From positions 1 through 64,000 of IMG/VR virus record IMGVR_UViG_3300028844_007948: a stretch of DNA of 64,000 nucleotides. One strand, written 5' to 3'. This DNA comes from a virus. A program made the position numbers and the translations under genes. This document shows, one piece after another, positions 17,745 to 27,251 of this stretch. The notes below the pieces were generated by a model. That model was not told where the DNA came from and made no database searches. It saw only the letters and a program-made list of their open reading frames with translations. Position 1 is the stretch's first letter, and every line of letters begins with the position of its first letter.

Positions 17745-17951
17745 ATGAAAGACGCTATTGAAATAAAAGATATATGCGATGAATATTGCGAAGACTTTGT
17801 TTTGCACTGCGAGAGCGAATTCACAGTCTTACTGAATTCAAAATTTCTAGAAGACTTGAAAAAAAGATTATCTTGCCACGGATGGGTCATCAGGAAAACA
17901 AAAAAGAAGTATTTTTTAGTGTTAGCTACTTTTTTTAATCCTATTCTTTGA
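17745..17951 (+). CDS. Small hypothetical protein (start moved to 17745)
   Basis: MKDAIEIKDICDEY...; this ATG follows the GTGTA element, whereas the track start at 17706 overlaps the divergent gene. Confidence 0.6.
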   Translation: MKDAIEIKDICDEYCEDFVLHCESEFTVLLNSKFLEDLKKRLSCHGWVIRKTKKKYFLVLATFFNPIL

Positions 17952-18179
17952 TTTTATAAAAGAAAAACCAATACAGACTAGAAAGGATGCGGCTATAATC
18001 AATAAAAAAGTCTTATGAGCTTCTGTTTCTTGATCATGAGGAACGGTAATGTTATTATCAAGGATAAGTTGGTTGGCCGTACTTTCCTGAAGTTCAGGCT
18101 TACGCTTTTCTTTAATAAAATGCGATTTACAAGAGAACTGAGTTAAGATGGTTAAAAAAAATATTGTAAAAAATTTCAT
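17922..18179 (-). CDS. Putative lipoprotein with C-terminal TM helix
   Basis: MKFFTIFFLTILTQFS|C signal peptide II-like; FLLIIAASFLVCIGFSFI followed by a basic tail; TATAAT 7 nt before the ATG. Confidence 0.65.
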   Translation of the reverse strand: MKFFTIFFLTILTQFSCKSHFIKEKRKPELQESTANQLILDNNITVPHDQETEAHKTFLLIIAASFLVCIGFSFIKSKNRIKKSS

Positions 18180-18215
18180 ATATATTATTATAATTGGTTT
18201 GTTAAAAAATTAAAC

Positions 18216-20849
18216 ATGGGACATTTAAAGAAACAGGAAGATCTTTGTATTTTCTTCGTTATAACCGAAAGGGAAATAGATGACGGAGAGTTTGAATCTT
18301 GCATATTCAAGTATTTAGATAATATCCCATCGAGGAATATAATGTCGGATTTTTATGTTTTTATAAATAAACTCACATCAAGATCTAAAGTTGAAAACAT
18401 AGGCAAACTAGTTGAGACAAATAGATTCGTAAGATCTATAACTTTTATAAACTTAGACCTATCTCAAGAATTGGACTGCTTTTGGTACCCATGGTCTTTC
18501 AGCCAGAAAATAAAACCAAAAAATAAACCCGAACTAGGCTATACATCAGGTGCAAATATACTATTTTACATCGCAATAGAAGCTATGTTTGAAACCAAGT
18601 ATAAAAACTTTCTAATGCTAGAATGTGATACGAAGCCCTTACGTAGAAATTGGTTTGATGTTGCTTATAGATATTGCGAAAACAATAAATTCGATATAGC
18701 TGGTAGTACATATAAAGGAATAGCAGAGTGGCATAGTGACTCTGAATACAAAGACCACATAAATGGGGTTGCAATTTATGCAAATAGCGCGAGCAATAAA
18801 TCTTTAATCAAAGCTAGTAAAAAAATCGTAGCAAGAGAGTGTCAAAAAGTTGACTATTTAAACTTTGATGTAGCAAATTTAATAGCGAAAGAAGAGAGTG
18901 AAAGAAAAAAACCTTTCTTGTTAAAAGACACTGATTTTATTGTAAATATAAGCGATCCACTAGATCAACATCAGACAGAAAAAGAAATTCTTGAAAAATA
19001 TCCAAGAGCCACAATAGTTCACCAAAAACAAAAAAAGACCCCTCCAATTCTAGACATCTCTATTTTTGAAAAAAATTATAACGACAGCCTTCCAGTATTT
19101 TTCTGCATGCCAAAATGTGCTTCGGAGTATGTGCTTGGGGCTAATATTGAATTATTAAAAGTATCAGCAAAAAAAGATAGAAAAAAACCTTTAGTCCTAA
19201 AACTGCACACAAAATCAAATTCTGGATTAACATTTTATTGTAAATGCGATTTAGATTTCTTTTTGCTACCTAGGAGCCTATTTAAGGATGTAAACGGAAT
19301 CAGCTATACGACAGAAATAAAAACATTCAATGACTTAGTTTTAAATAACTATATAGATATATTTTCTATGGCGATAGATTTCAGACATTCGCCTGCAGAT
19401 ATAGATGAAGCAGCATTTTACCTGCTTAAAAGTATATTTGAAACTATAGAAAAAAGTCCAGAAATATACACTTTCCTTCGGCATCCTTTTGAGATATTAA
19501 AATCTTCTTTTCCTACTTGGGAGAATGTTAACTTCAGAGGGGTAGAGCCAGACTCCCAGGAGAGAAGGAGGAGATTTAATTTTTTCTCGACTTTACACCC
19601 AAATATGTTTATGCAGAAAAGGCTTCTTGGTGCAAATTATGATGGATCTATCGAACAAAAAAATCATCTTTATGCTATACTTGAAAATTTTTATATTTAT
19701 GATGTGTCTGCTATAGAAGATGTTTTAAGCTCTTTATTTAAGCATTTCTGCGGTGTATCCATGCCCGAAATAGAACCAATAAAAGACATAAACCCAACAA
19801 AAAATATTTACAATATAGACCTTGGGGTTTTTATGAAAGCTAAGGTGGCTAAAGACATTTGGGCTCAGAAATCTCAAGAAGATATACAAATTTACAAAGA
19901 GTTTGCAATTCAAAGATTTGAATCAAATGTAGGAGAAATTATGAAGAAAAATGCAGAATTTAGTTTTAGCCAGTCAAACATACCAGTATTTTTCCATATA
20001 CCAAAAAATGCTGGGACATTCATTATAGCAACAATGAATAAGTTTTTCGTAAGGGTTCTCAAGGTGACCCCAGAAGATATGAACTTCCAAAGATTAAGTA
20101 TAAAAACTAAAAGCGGCCATGAAATTAAAGCTTTTGTGTATTTTACAGATGAAAATTGGAAGTCTGATAAAAATATAAAAGTTTTACCAAATTATGGGCC
20201 AAAGGTAAGAGCAAGACTGACAGACTTAAAAACATTAGAAAAATACCTTTCCATGAAGCAGATTAAATTATTAACGATGATAATCGAGCCTGCTGGAGAA
20301 ATTTTAGACTTAAGGAATTCTTTTTATGAAGTATGGAATATATTAGAGAGCTGCGATAAAACCCCAGTTAACTTCTCCATAGTAAGAAATTCTTACGATA
20401 GAGCATCCTCTATATATAATTATCTTAAATCAGATGAGTCTATGCACGAAAGAACCCATGGGGCTTTTGATCACTTAAAAACATTTCCAGATTATATAAA
20501 ATCAAACATGCTTGAAGATAGTTGGACTATACGAGCTGTAACTGGAGCTCCAAATAACATACCTCTTAATAAAAAATGGAAAGATCAAGCTCTTGCCTTT
20601 TTTGATAAACATAAATTTATAATTAGAGATATTAAAGAATCACAAAGCTTACTTCAACAGATTCTTACATATTGTTTTGAAGAAAACCTTTCCGACCTAG
20701 ATACTAGAAACATAAACGACAACAGGAGTAAGTATAAAACAAAAAAAGTTAAATTCGCAGAATTATCAATGGAAGAGCGCGATATTTTTAACGATAGGTC
20801 AAAGTGGGATATAGACTTATATCAAGAAATTTTAGAAAAAAAATATTGA
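18216..20849 (+). CDS. Multidomain protein: glycosyltransferase-like domain plus two sulfotransferase-like domains
   Basis: N-terminal MLECDTKP...AGSTY...HINGVAIY; then FFCMPKCAS...FLRHPF and FFHIPKNAGT...IVRNSYDRASSIY...DIDLY. Confidence 0.7.
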   Translation: MGHLKKQEDLCIFFVITEREIDDGEFESCIFKYLDNIPSRNIMSDFYVFINKLTSRSKVENIGKLVETNRFVRSITFINLDLSQELDCFWYPWSFSQKIKPKNKPELGYTSGANILFYIAIEAMFETKYKNFLMLECDTKPLRRNWFDVAYRYCENNKFDIAGSTYKGIAEWHSDSEYKDHINGVAIYANSASNKSLIKASKKIVARECQKVDYLNFDVANLIAKEESERKKPFLLKDTDFIVNISDPLDQHQTEKEILEKYPRATIVHQKQKKTPPILDISIFEKNYNDSLPVFFCMPKCASEYVLGANIELLKVSAKKDRKKPLVLKLHTKSNSGLTFYCKCDLDFFLLPRSLFKDVNGISYTTEIKTFNDLVLNNYIDIFSMAIDFRHSPADIDEAAFYLLKSIFETIEKSPEIYTFLRHPFEILKSSFPTWENVNFRGVEPDSQERRRRFNFFSTLHPNMFMQKRLLGANYDGSIEQKNHLYAILENFYIYDVSAIEDVLSSLFKHFCGVSMPEIEPIKDINPTKNIYNIDLGVFMKAKVAKDIWAQKSQEDIQIYKEFAIQRFESNVGEIMKKNAEFSFSQSNIPVFFHIPKNAGTFIIATMNKFFVRVLKVTPEDMNFQRLSIKTKSGHEIKAFVYFTDENWKSDKNIKVLPNYGPKVRARLTDLKTLEKYLSMKQIKLLTMIIEPAGEILDLRNSFYEVWNILESCDKTPVNFSIVRNSYDRASSIYNYLKSDESMHERTHGAFDHLKTFPDYIKSNMLEDSWTIRAVTGAPNNIPLNKKWKDQALAFFDKHKFIIRDIKESQSLLQQILTYCFEENLSDLDTRNINDNRSKYKTKKVKFAELSMEERDIFNDRSKWDIDLYQEILEKKY

Positions 20850-20873
20850 TTTCTTAAAAGAGAAGATTATAAT
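20846..20873 (+). promoter_or_regulatory. sigma70-type promoter
   Basis: TTGATT-N16-TATAAT, with the ATG 9 nt downstream at 20883. Confidence 0.6.
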
Positions 20874-20882
20874 AAAAAAAAT

Positions 20883-21545
20883 ATGAAAGTAATACATTAT
20901 TATCCGCCAATATATTCAATGTTTAAGCAAATGGCTGAAAGGAATTTTGAAAATTCCAGTTTTATATTGGAATCGAGAGAGCTAGACGATTTTAAGAAAA
21001 AGAAGCTAGAGAAGGTCGAGCTAAATGGGGGATACAAAGTAAAAAAGCTGTGCGAAGATATAGAAGCTAATCTAGGAAATAATATTTTGTATCTTGATCC
21101 AGCTGTATATGTAAACCCAACTAAAGTTAGAGATCTATATAAATACCTTCTTAATTTTAAAGATGTTGATTTGTGTTTGCCGAAGCATACTAAAAGAAGC
21201 GGATATTCGCCCTGTGTAATGAAAATAAAATGTACAAAGAAAATGTTGGCCTTTTTTGAGCACATCAGAGATAGGGTAAAGAAAAGCAAGCAGTACACTG
21301 AAGAGCCAGTAATCAATAATGTAATAAAAGAATGGAAGGAAAGGATATCCTTTGAAGAGTTAAATGCTAAAATATTATGCACCCCTTTTATATCTAGCGA
21401 GGCTGTTAGGCAGAGTTATTACCTATGGAATGTCTGGACAAAAGCGGAAGGTCTGACTTCCTCTGAGGTTTATGACAATAAAGTTAAAATAGTATTTGAT
21501 CATAGATTTATTAACAGAGAAGACTACAACTACTTTAAGTTGTAA
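20883..21545 (+). CDS. Putative nucleotide-diphospho-sugar transferase (GT-A-like, degenerate)
   Basis: KVKKL..IE.N....ILYLDPAVY (degenerate DxD), a TEEPVIN motif in the DQ position; weak match. Confidence 0.5.
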   Translation: MKVIHYYPPIYSMFKQMAERNFENSSFILESRELDDFKKKKLEKVELNGGYKVKKLCEDIEANLGNNILYLDPAVYVNPTKVRDLYKYLLNFKDVDLCLPKHTKRSGYSPCVMKIKCTKKMLAFFEHIRDRVKKSKQYTEEPVINNVIKEWKERISFEELNAKILCTPFISSEAVRQSYYLWNVWTKAEGLTSSEVYDNKVKIVFDHRFINREDYNYFKL

Positions 21546-22334
21546 ATGAAAATTTATACTTTTTTTGAGCCCGTAGAGGACTCTCATGATAAACAGACCC
21601 AGGAAGGCTTACTAAAATCATGGAAAGATAATTGGATTGCTCATGGGTGGGAACCAGTAGTAATTAACAATGACCATGCAAAAAGTCATCATATGTACGA
21701 TGAAATGGTCGAAAAAATGAGAAATTTCCACGTGTTATTTACGGGGAATAAAATTAAGCTATATGGAATTTACTGTTATACGAGATGGCTAGCATATTCC
21801 GCCTTAGAATCTGAAGAGCAAATTTTTACTTGCGACTACGATTTAGTAAATAATGGACTGAAACCTGGAGCTATAAAACTCAAAGAGGGAATCAATCTCT
21901 ATTCAGATTTTTGCCCATGTTTTGTTTCGGGAAAGTCTAAAGATTTTGAAAGATTTTCTAGGTTTATGATTTCCATAAGCGAACTTAGGTTCAACAGATT
22001 AAAAGGCAATATAAGAAACCTTTCTGGTACAAGGTCTGATATCTATCATGATCAAGATGTATTAGTTAATAATTTGTCTAATAAAAATTCTAGATATGGA
22101 ATAGAGTTATGCTCTGATTTAAATTTTAATCTATCTACTAAATATGTCGGACAAATGGCGGCAAAACAAACTTTCGATTCGTATATGTTTAAAAAACCAA
22201 TTCCCCAAACTTTACATTTCTCAAGAAGTAGCATGTTGAGATTCAGAAAAGATGCGGGATTAAATGAAAAATATAAAGATATTGACAACGATACATTAAG
22301 ATTAAAAATTGTACAAGAAAAGTTTGGTAGCTAA
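21546..22334 (+). CDS. Putative glycosyltransferase-like protein
   Basis: W..HGWEPVV, CYTRWLAY, CDYDLVN (DxD), HDQD, LHFS. Confidence 0.55.
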   Translation: MKIYTFFEPVEDSHDKQTQEGLLKSWKDNWIAHGWEPVVINNDHAKSHHMYDEMVEKMRNFHVLFTGNKIKLYGIYCYTRWLAYSALESEEQIFTCDYDLVNNGLKPGAIKLKEGINLYSDFCPCFVSGKSKDFERFSRFMISISELRFNRLKGNIRNLSGTRSDIYHDQDVLVNNLSNKNSRYGIELCSDLNFNLSTKYVGQMAAKQTFDSYMFKKPIPQTLHFSRSSMLRFRKDAGLNEKYKDIDNDTLRLKIVQEKFGS

Positions 22335-22362
22335 AAAAAACACAACAAAACCCCGTTTAGTT

Positions 22363-22367
22363 GTGTA
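22363..22367 (+). promoter_or_regulatory. GTGTA putative late-promoter element
   Basis: GTGTA upstream of the ATG at 22382. Confidence 0.6.
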
Positions 22368-22381
22368 TATCTATTATATAT

Positions 22382-24916
22382 ATGGCAGAAACAGCACCTT
22401 ACTCACGAATAATAATTAAAACAGTAGATAATACTGATTATATATCAATCCCATTTGGTAAGCCAGAATATTTTGGTTCGTCGAAAAAGTTTAACTTCAG
22501 GATAACCTGGGGAGATGGAAAAATAACCAATTTAAAAAACAATTACAATTACAAGGATGTATCTTGGGATAGAAACTACGATAGTAGCGGCAGACCTCAA
22601 AACCCAGCCCCTCAAAGCGATACCGCTTTAACTATAACACATAAATACGAAACAGCAGGTCAATACGATATAGAAGTCAGAGGTGGCTTTGATAACAGTA
22701 TGGATGATCAAGGAAACTCTCTTAATAACAATGATAACCAATTAACTTTGAAGCTATGTTTTGCCAAGTCATCAGATAGAATGTCATGCAGAGGAACGCC
22801 AGAGGTAATAGAAGAAATAAATGGGATAGGCGGAGCTCACAGAGGGGAAATATATGTACATGGACAAGGAGATTTTGAAGATTTTATCAACTTAAAAGAG
22901 ATTAATTGTGGTATTAGATTATTAACCTCAGCAAATCCTAAATCAAATTTACTTTACGATGGAGGGGCTGGAAAAGTCGCTTTTATAAATACTTTTAAAA
23001 ATTGTGAAAAAATAGGATTAGGAAAGAAAAACAGAATAAGAACGTTACCCCAAGGAGATGCCAAAATAATAGACATGGAGGGATGTTTTGACAATTGTGG
23101 GTACAATGGATTTTTACCATGGGACACATCTTTAGTTACGAACTGGAAAAGAGCATTCAGGAAGAGTAAAAACCACGCGAAAATCGCCTTTGACTTTTCT
23201 GCCGCTGAAAATTTAGATTATGCATTAGAAGACTCTTATGCAGGTAGAGCTTATAGATTGCCAGTTACCGTAAACAAAGGCGGTTCAGGAATTGTTGATG
23301 CAAAATGGAAATTTGTACTTGCAAAACAAACAGATAACATTGCAATATGGTCTAATGATGGGTCCACGTTACCAGGAGATCCTGGAGGAAAACAGCCACA
23401 GGGAAGCATCGTCGGGAAGACGAACGATAGCGGTAATTTCAATGTTAACTTAGGTGATATTAATTTAATGGAGTGCATAGATCCTGATTCATATTTAGAC
23501 CAAGAGACCGAAAATGATTTTATTAATTTAAGATTGCACTCTTGGTGCTCAACGGATGGTGGGTCGTCTTTTCAAAAAATTTCGAATAAAAATTTAAATT
23601 TAAATGTAATAGGGACTCTAAAATTAGAGTCTGATTTTCTATTTGGAGATTTGCGGAATGTAGTTTCTATGGTTGGGACTTTTAAAGACCACAAGAAGTT
23701 TGATGCGAATTTATTGAGAAGATGTTTTACATCAAATGTGGTTTACAAACTAGAAGATATGGAAGCGTGTTTTGAGGGGGTAGATTTCCTTAAACTAAGA
23801 AATTCTAACGATAACGGTACTAGATTTAGATTAAGATTGACTAATGCAAAACCAATATCAATTAAATCATATATCAGGAACTCAAAAAATGCATTTGATA
23901 TAAGATACATGGATGGATCTAGGATAACAAATATATCGCATTTCGTTCAAAATACAGATTACAACCAAACAATAAGTTTTGACATGCAAAAAGTAACAGA
24001 TACTTCTTATGCATTTGCTGGTTGTACTGGAAATCCATACATAAGAACTCTATGGCTTCTAAGAAGTGGAGATGGGAAAAATTTTGCAAATATAAATTGC
24101 GAAGGAATGTTTGAAGGAAGTTCAAACTGGGATACAGATTTACCATGGAAACACTTAAAGCCAACATCTACAGAGAGAATGTTTAATAATTGCTCTAGTG
24201 ATTTTAAATCTTCCATGGGTTTTGGCACTTTTGATAATTGTACTACAATACGAGCTATGTTCAGAAACTCAGGCGTGAAAGCGATAGGAAACTTAGCGGC
24301 ACTTAGTTTAAAGAATGTGGTAGATGCAAGTTATGCATTCAAAGGAACTCAAAATGATGTATCTGTAAATAGATGGTTTTCTAACCCAAATATAGAACAT
24401 AAGATTGAAAATATAGATGGTATGTTCGAAGGATCAGTAAATACAACAATAACGAACTTATGGGCTGAAGTTATAAGTAAAACAGTGAAATCGGCAAGAG
24501 CTGTTTTCAAGAACAATCGAGCTGTACCTTTAGACAATATAGTTAAAACATTTAGAAATACATCACAAGACAATGTTGTAGAACAGATAGACGAATTTTT
24601 CAGAGGCATCTTGCTAAAAACAGGGGAATTCAACACTGATCAAAGAAGATTTATTAGACAATGGCATGTAAACAATAAATGCGAAAATCAATTTAATGTT
24701 CTCAAAGCCGTGTCCTTTGGAGGGCCTGCAACATATTCAAGCTGTAGATATAAAAATTATGAATCTGACGATCAAATTGTTATAGAGCCAGAATATGAAG
24801 AAGTAAACCTATATCAAAAATCAGAAGTAACATACGATCACATTTGTGAAGACCAATTAATAGATGAAGTGTCAATTCCAGAAGGATTAGATACAGTATT
24901 CATGGCAATATACTAA
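22382..24916 (+). CDS. BspA/DUF285-like repeat protein with N-terminal PKD-like domain (start moved from TTG 22361)
   Basis: ITWGDG...HKYETAGQYDIEVRG; repeats such as WDTSLVTNWKRAF, DMEGCF, TERMFNNC, TIRAMFRN. Confidence 0.72.
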   Translation: MAETAPYSRIIIKTVDNTDYISIPFGKPEYFGSSKKFNFRITWGDGKITNLKNNYNYKDVSWDRNYDSSGRPQNPAPQSDTALTITHKYETAGQYDIEVRGGFDNSMDDQGNSLNNNDNQLTLKLCFAKSSDRMSCRGTPEVIEEINGIGGAHRGEIYVHGQGDFEDFINLKEINCGIRLLTSANPKSNLLYDGGAGKVAFINTFKNCEKIGLGKKNRIRTLPQGDAKIIDMEGCFDNCGYNGFLPWDTSLVTNWKRAFRKSKNHAKIAFDFSAAENLDYALEDSYAGRAYRLPVTVNKGGSGIVDAKWKFVLAKQTDNIAIWSNDGSTLPGDPGGKQPQGSIVGKTNDSGNFNVNLGDINLMECIDPDSYLDQETENDFINLRLHSWCSTDGGSSFQKISNKNLNLNVIGTLKLESDFLFGDLRNVVSMVGTFKDHKKFDANLLRRCFTSNVVYKLEDMEACFEGVDFLKLRNSNDNGTRFRLRLTNAKPISIKSYIRNSKNAFDIRYMDGSRITNISHFVQNTDYNQTISFDMQKVTDTSYAFAGCTGNPYIRTLWLLRSGDGKNFANINCEGMFEGSSNWDTDLPWKHLKPTSTERMFNNCSSDFKSSMGFGTFDNCTTIRAMFRNSGVKAIGNLAALSLKNVVDASYAFKGTQNDVSVNRWFSNPNIEHKIENIDGMFEGSVNTTITNLWAEVISKTVKSARAVFKNNRAVPLDNIVKTFRNTSQDNVVEQIDEFFRGILLKTGEFNTDQRRFIRQWHVNNKCENQFNVLKAVSFGGPATYSSCRYKNYESDDQIVIEPEYEEVNLYQKSEVTYDHICEDQLIDEVSIPEGLDTVFMAIY

Positions 24917-24918
24917 TC

Positions 24919-27231
24919 ATGAGCGATAAAGAAAAAATACTAGAAGAAGCGGAAAGACTTCTTGAAAATTTTAAAATAACATCAATCTCTTTTGGTCCGA
25001 TGGTAAAACCTGGGACAAAAGATTTAGTTGAAGCGGTAAAAGTAGGAGTTAAGGAAATGCTTGAAGATTTGCCGAACTATTTAGAAATAGAAGGTCAAAG
25101 ATATGATGTCTATCAGTCATGCGAAAGAGTAATCCTTTGTGACGAAACTGAATTATCTGTTCCTACTAATAAGGCCGAAGGAGAGAAATTGCAGTCTTGG
25201 TATAAAGTCGGAACGCAAACTGCAGATGGAAGTATATTAAGTTCAGTAATCCACGAAAATGATTGTGGAGTAGCCTCCCCGCTAGAAAACAAAAAAAAGA
25301 TAAGACCTTTAAAGAGTGGAGCTGCAATAAGTGCGGACAAAAAAAGCATCGGAACGTTAGGGTGTTTCGCTATCGATAATGAAGATGGAAAACTTGTAGC
25401 CTTAACCAATGCTCATGTAGTAAATGGAGGGGTAATACCTTTGTTAACATCAAAACAAGAAGGAATAGGAAGGGACTACAGTATACTAGGAAAAAAAGTA
25501 TATCAAGGCGATTTTACTAAAGATGACGGAACAGTTTACGAAACATCTTATTCAAAAATTACAGAAGATGATGTTGTAGGAATAGTAAAAAGATATCTTC
25601 CTGCTGGAATCGCATACACCTTTCAGGGAAAATATTGGAAGCAACATATAAAAGAAGATCAATTTCAAATTGACGCTGCATTAATAGCGGTAAAAAAAGG
25701 TACAGTAGATGCTGAGTCATGGAAACTAGTAGGAGTGGACAATGCTGATTTCAATGACGGTGGACCTCCTACATTTTGTGGTGAAGTAGAATTTCGTGAA
25801 TGGCTAAGAGATAGCTATTGGTCGGGGTATACCCAGGATGTGGGCGGAGGAGTAGATGAATTTAATACTCCTAATGAGCCTGACATGATCATTTCTGGAG
25901 CTGCAACGGGAGCAAAAGACGGAACAAAAACTGGACCCGATGATTACAGGTGGAGAATATCTGGACCCCTTAAGTTCCAGGAAATGGAAATAGATGGAGG
26001 TGGAAAGCTTGTGTCTATAAATGCCAGAGATAATGTAGCCTTAGTAAGACAACAAAACAAAGATAGATATAGGCCGAATGCAGATGATACCTTGTTCGTC
26101 GATACTGTACCTAGAGGAGATTGGAATTGTGCAGATAATATACTGCCTGGAGATTCTGGGTCTGTTGTATATTCAAAAATAAACGGATCATGGAAAGCGG
26201 TTTGCTTGGTTTACGCAACCAAATCTAGTATAGGCGGAACCCAACAAGATCCTGTTACAATATATACAGAAGGTCTTGTGATTCCTTTTTATATAGTTGC
26301 AAAACTCATGAATATATCAGAATGGGATGGAATAGTAAATGATTCTATATTCTCAGAAAATAGCGAGAGCGGTTTCAGGGTTGACACCAGACATGTAAAG
26401 GGGTTAAGCGGCATATACAAACATAGAGTCGGCGGTAAATCATATTTTCAGGCTGGTTTAGTTCCAAGAGAGCCAAGGCCATACCCCCCAATGAAAGAAT
26501 CCTTCCAAGCCGAAGAAGAACTTAAACCGATTCCACAGTCTTCGCTAATAGAGCAATTTGTTAAATATGACAGTGTTACTGTTGACACTCCTGCAGGCAG
26601 ATCGTGGAATGATAACGAAAAAGGCTACTATTCAGACCCTGTATGGTTTAAGATTACAAATCTTAATATTTCTGAATCAAATATACCTGCTATAATCAAA
26701 GGAAGTGGGCTGGATTATGGAGTATTATCGCTAGACTTAGCTATAGTACATAACGACCAAATAAATAATTTAGAAGATATTTACTTTTCTCCAGAGAGTA
26801 GAAAAACAGCGATTTATGGATCAGTCCCCATATTAGAAATTTTTGGAAACAGTATAAAGTCTAGTTTAAGCGGAGGATTAGATAATATACTGCCAAGATT
26901 AAAAAGTTTATTAGATGGAGGACAATCAGATGCTGATAATGGATTAAGATCTCCGAACCTTTATAGATTAAGATTTAAAAATGGAGCTAGAACAGGAAAA
27001 CTTCAAAGCTCTTCAAGCATCAATATAACCAACACTACATGCTATAAAGAATATGTGCCATGGGAATTCGGTTCTGATAAAAAATTAAAAGGTGCAGCTA
27101 AGGCCGAACCTGCCGCACTTGAAGATTGGGTGGACCGAGGAGCAAGTATAGTTTTAGTACTTTCTTATGTAGGAAAAGATTTGAACTATGTTGTGGATCA
27201 AGTAACTGTGACATCTTTAAAGAATAAATAA
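24919..27231 (+). CDS. Trypsin/chymotrypsin-like (S1) serine protease with C-terminal extension
   Basis: GTLGC, LTNAHV (His), IDAAL (Asp), PGDSGS (Ser). Confidence 0.85.
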   Translation: MSDKEKILEEAERLLENFKITSISFGPMVKPGTKDLVEAVKVGVKEMLEDLPNYLEIEGQRYDVYQSCERVILCDETELSVPTNKAEGEKLQSWYKVGTQTADGSILSSVIHENDCGVASPLENKKKIRPLKSGAAISADKKSIGTLGCFAIDNEDGKLVALTNAHVVNGGVIPLLTSKQEGIGRDYSILGKKVYQGDFTKDDGTVYETSYSKITEDDVVGIVKRYLPAGIAYTFQGKYWKQHIKEDQFQIDAALIAVKKGTVDAESWKLVGVDNADFNDGGPPTFCGEVEFREWLRDSYWSGYTQDVGGGVDEFNTPNEPDMIISGAATGAKDGTKTGPDDYRWRISGPLKFQEMEIDGGGKLVSINARDNVALVRQQNKDRYRPNADDTLFVDTVPRGDWNCADNILPGDSGSVVYSKINGSWKAVCLVYATKSSIGGTQQDPVTIYTEGLVIPFYIVAKLMNISEWDGIVNDSIFSENSESGFRVDTRHVKGLSGIYKHRVGGKSYFQAGLVPREPRPYPPMKESFQAEEELKPIPQSSLIEQFVKYDSVTVDTPAGRSWNDNEKGYYSDPVWFKITNLNISESNIPAIIKGSGLDYGVLSLDLAIVHNDQINNLEDIYFSPESRKTAIYGSVPILEIFGNSIKSSLSGGLDNILPRLKSLLDGGQSDADNGLRSPNLYRLRFKNGARTGKLQSSSSINITNTTCYKEYVPWEFGSDKKLKGAAKAEPAALEDWVDRGASIVLVLSYVGKDLNYVVDQVTVTSLKNK

Positions 27232-27251
27232 AAACCAAGAGATTTAATTAA

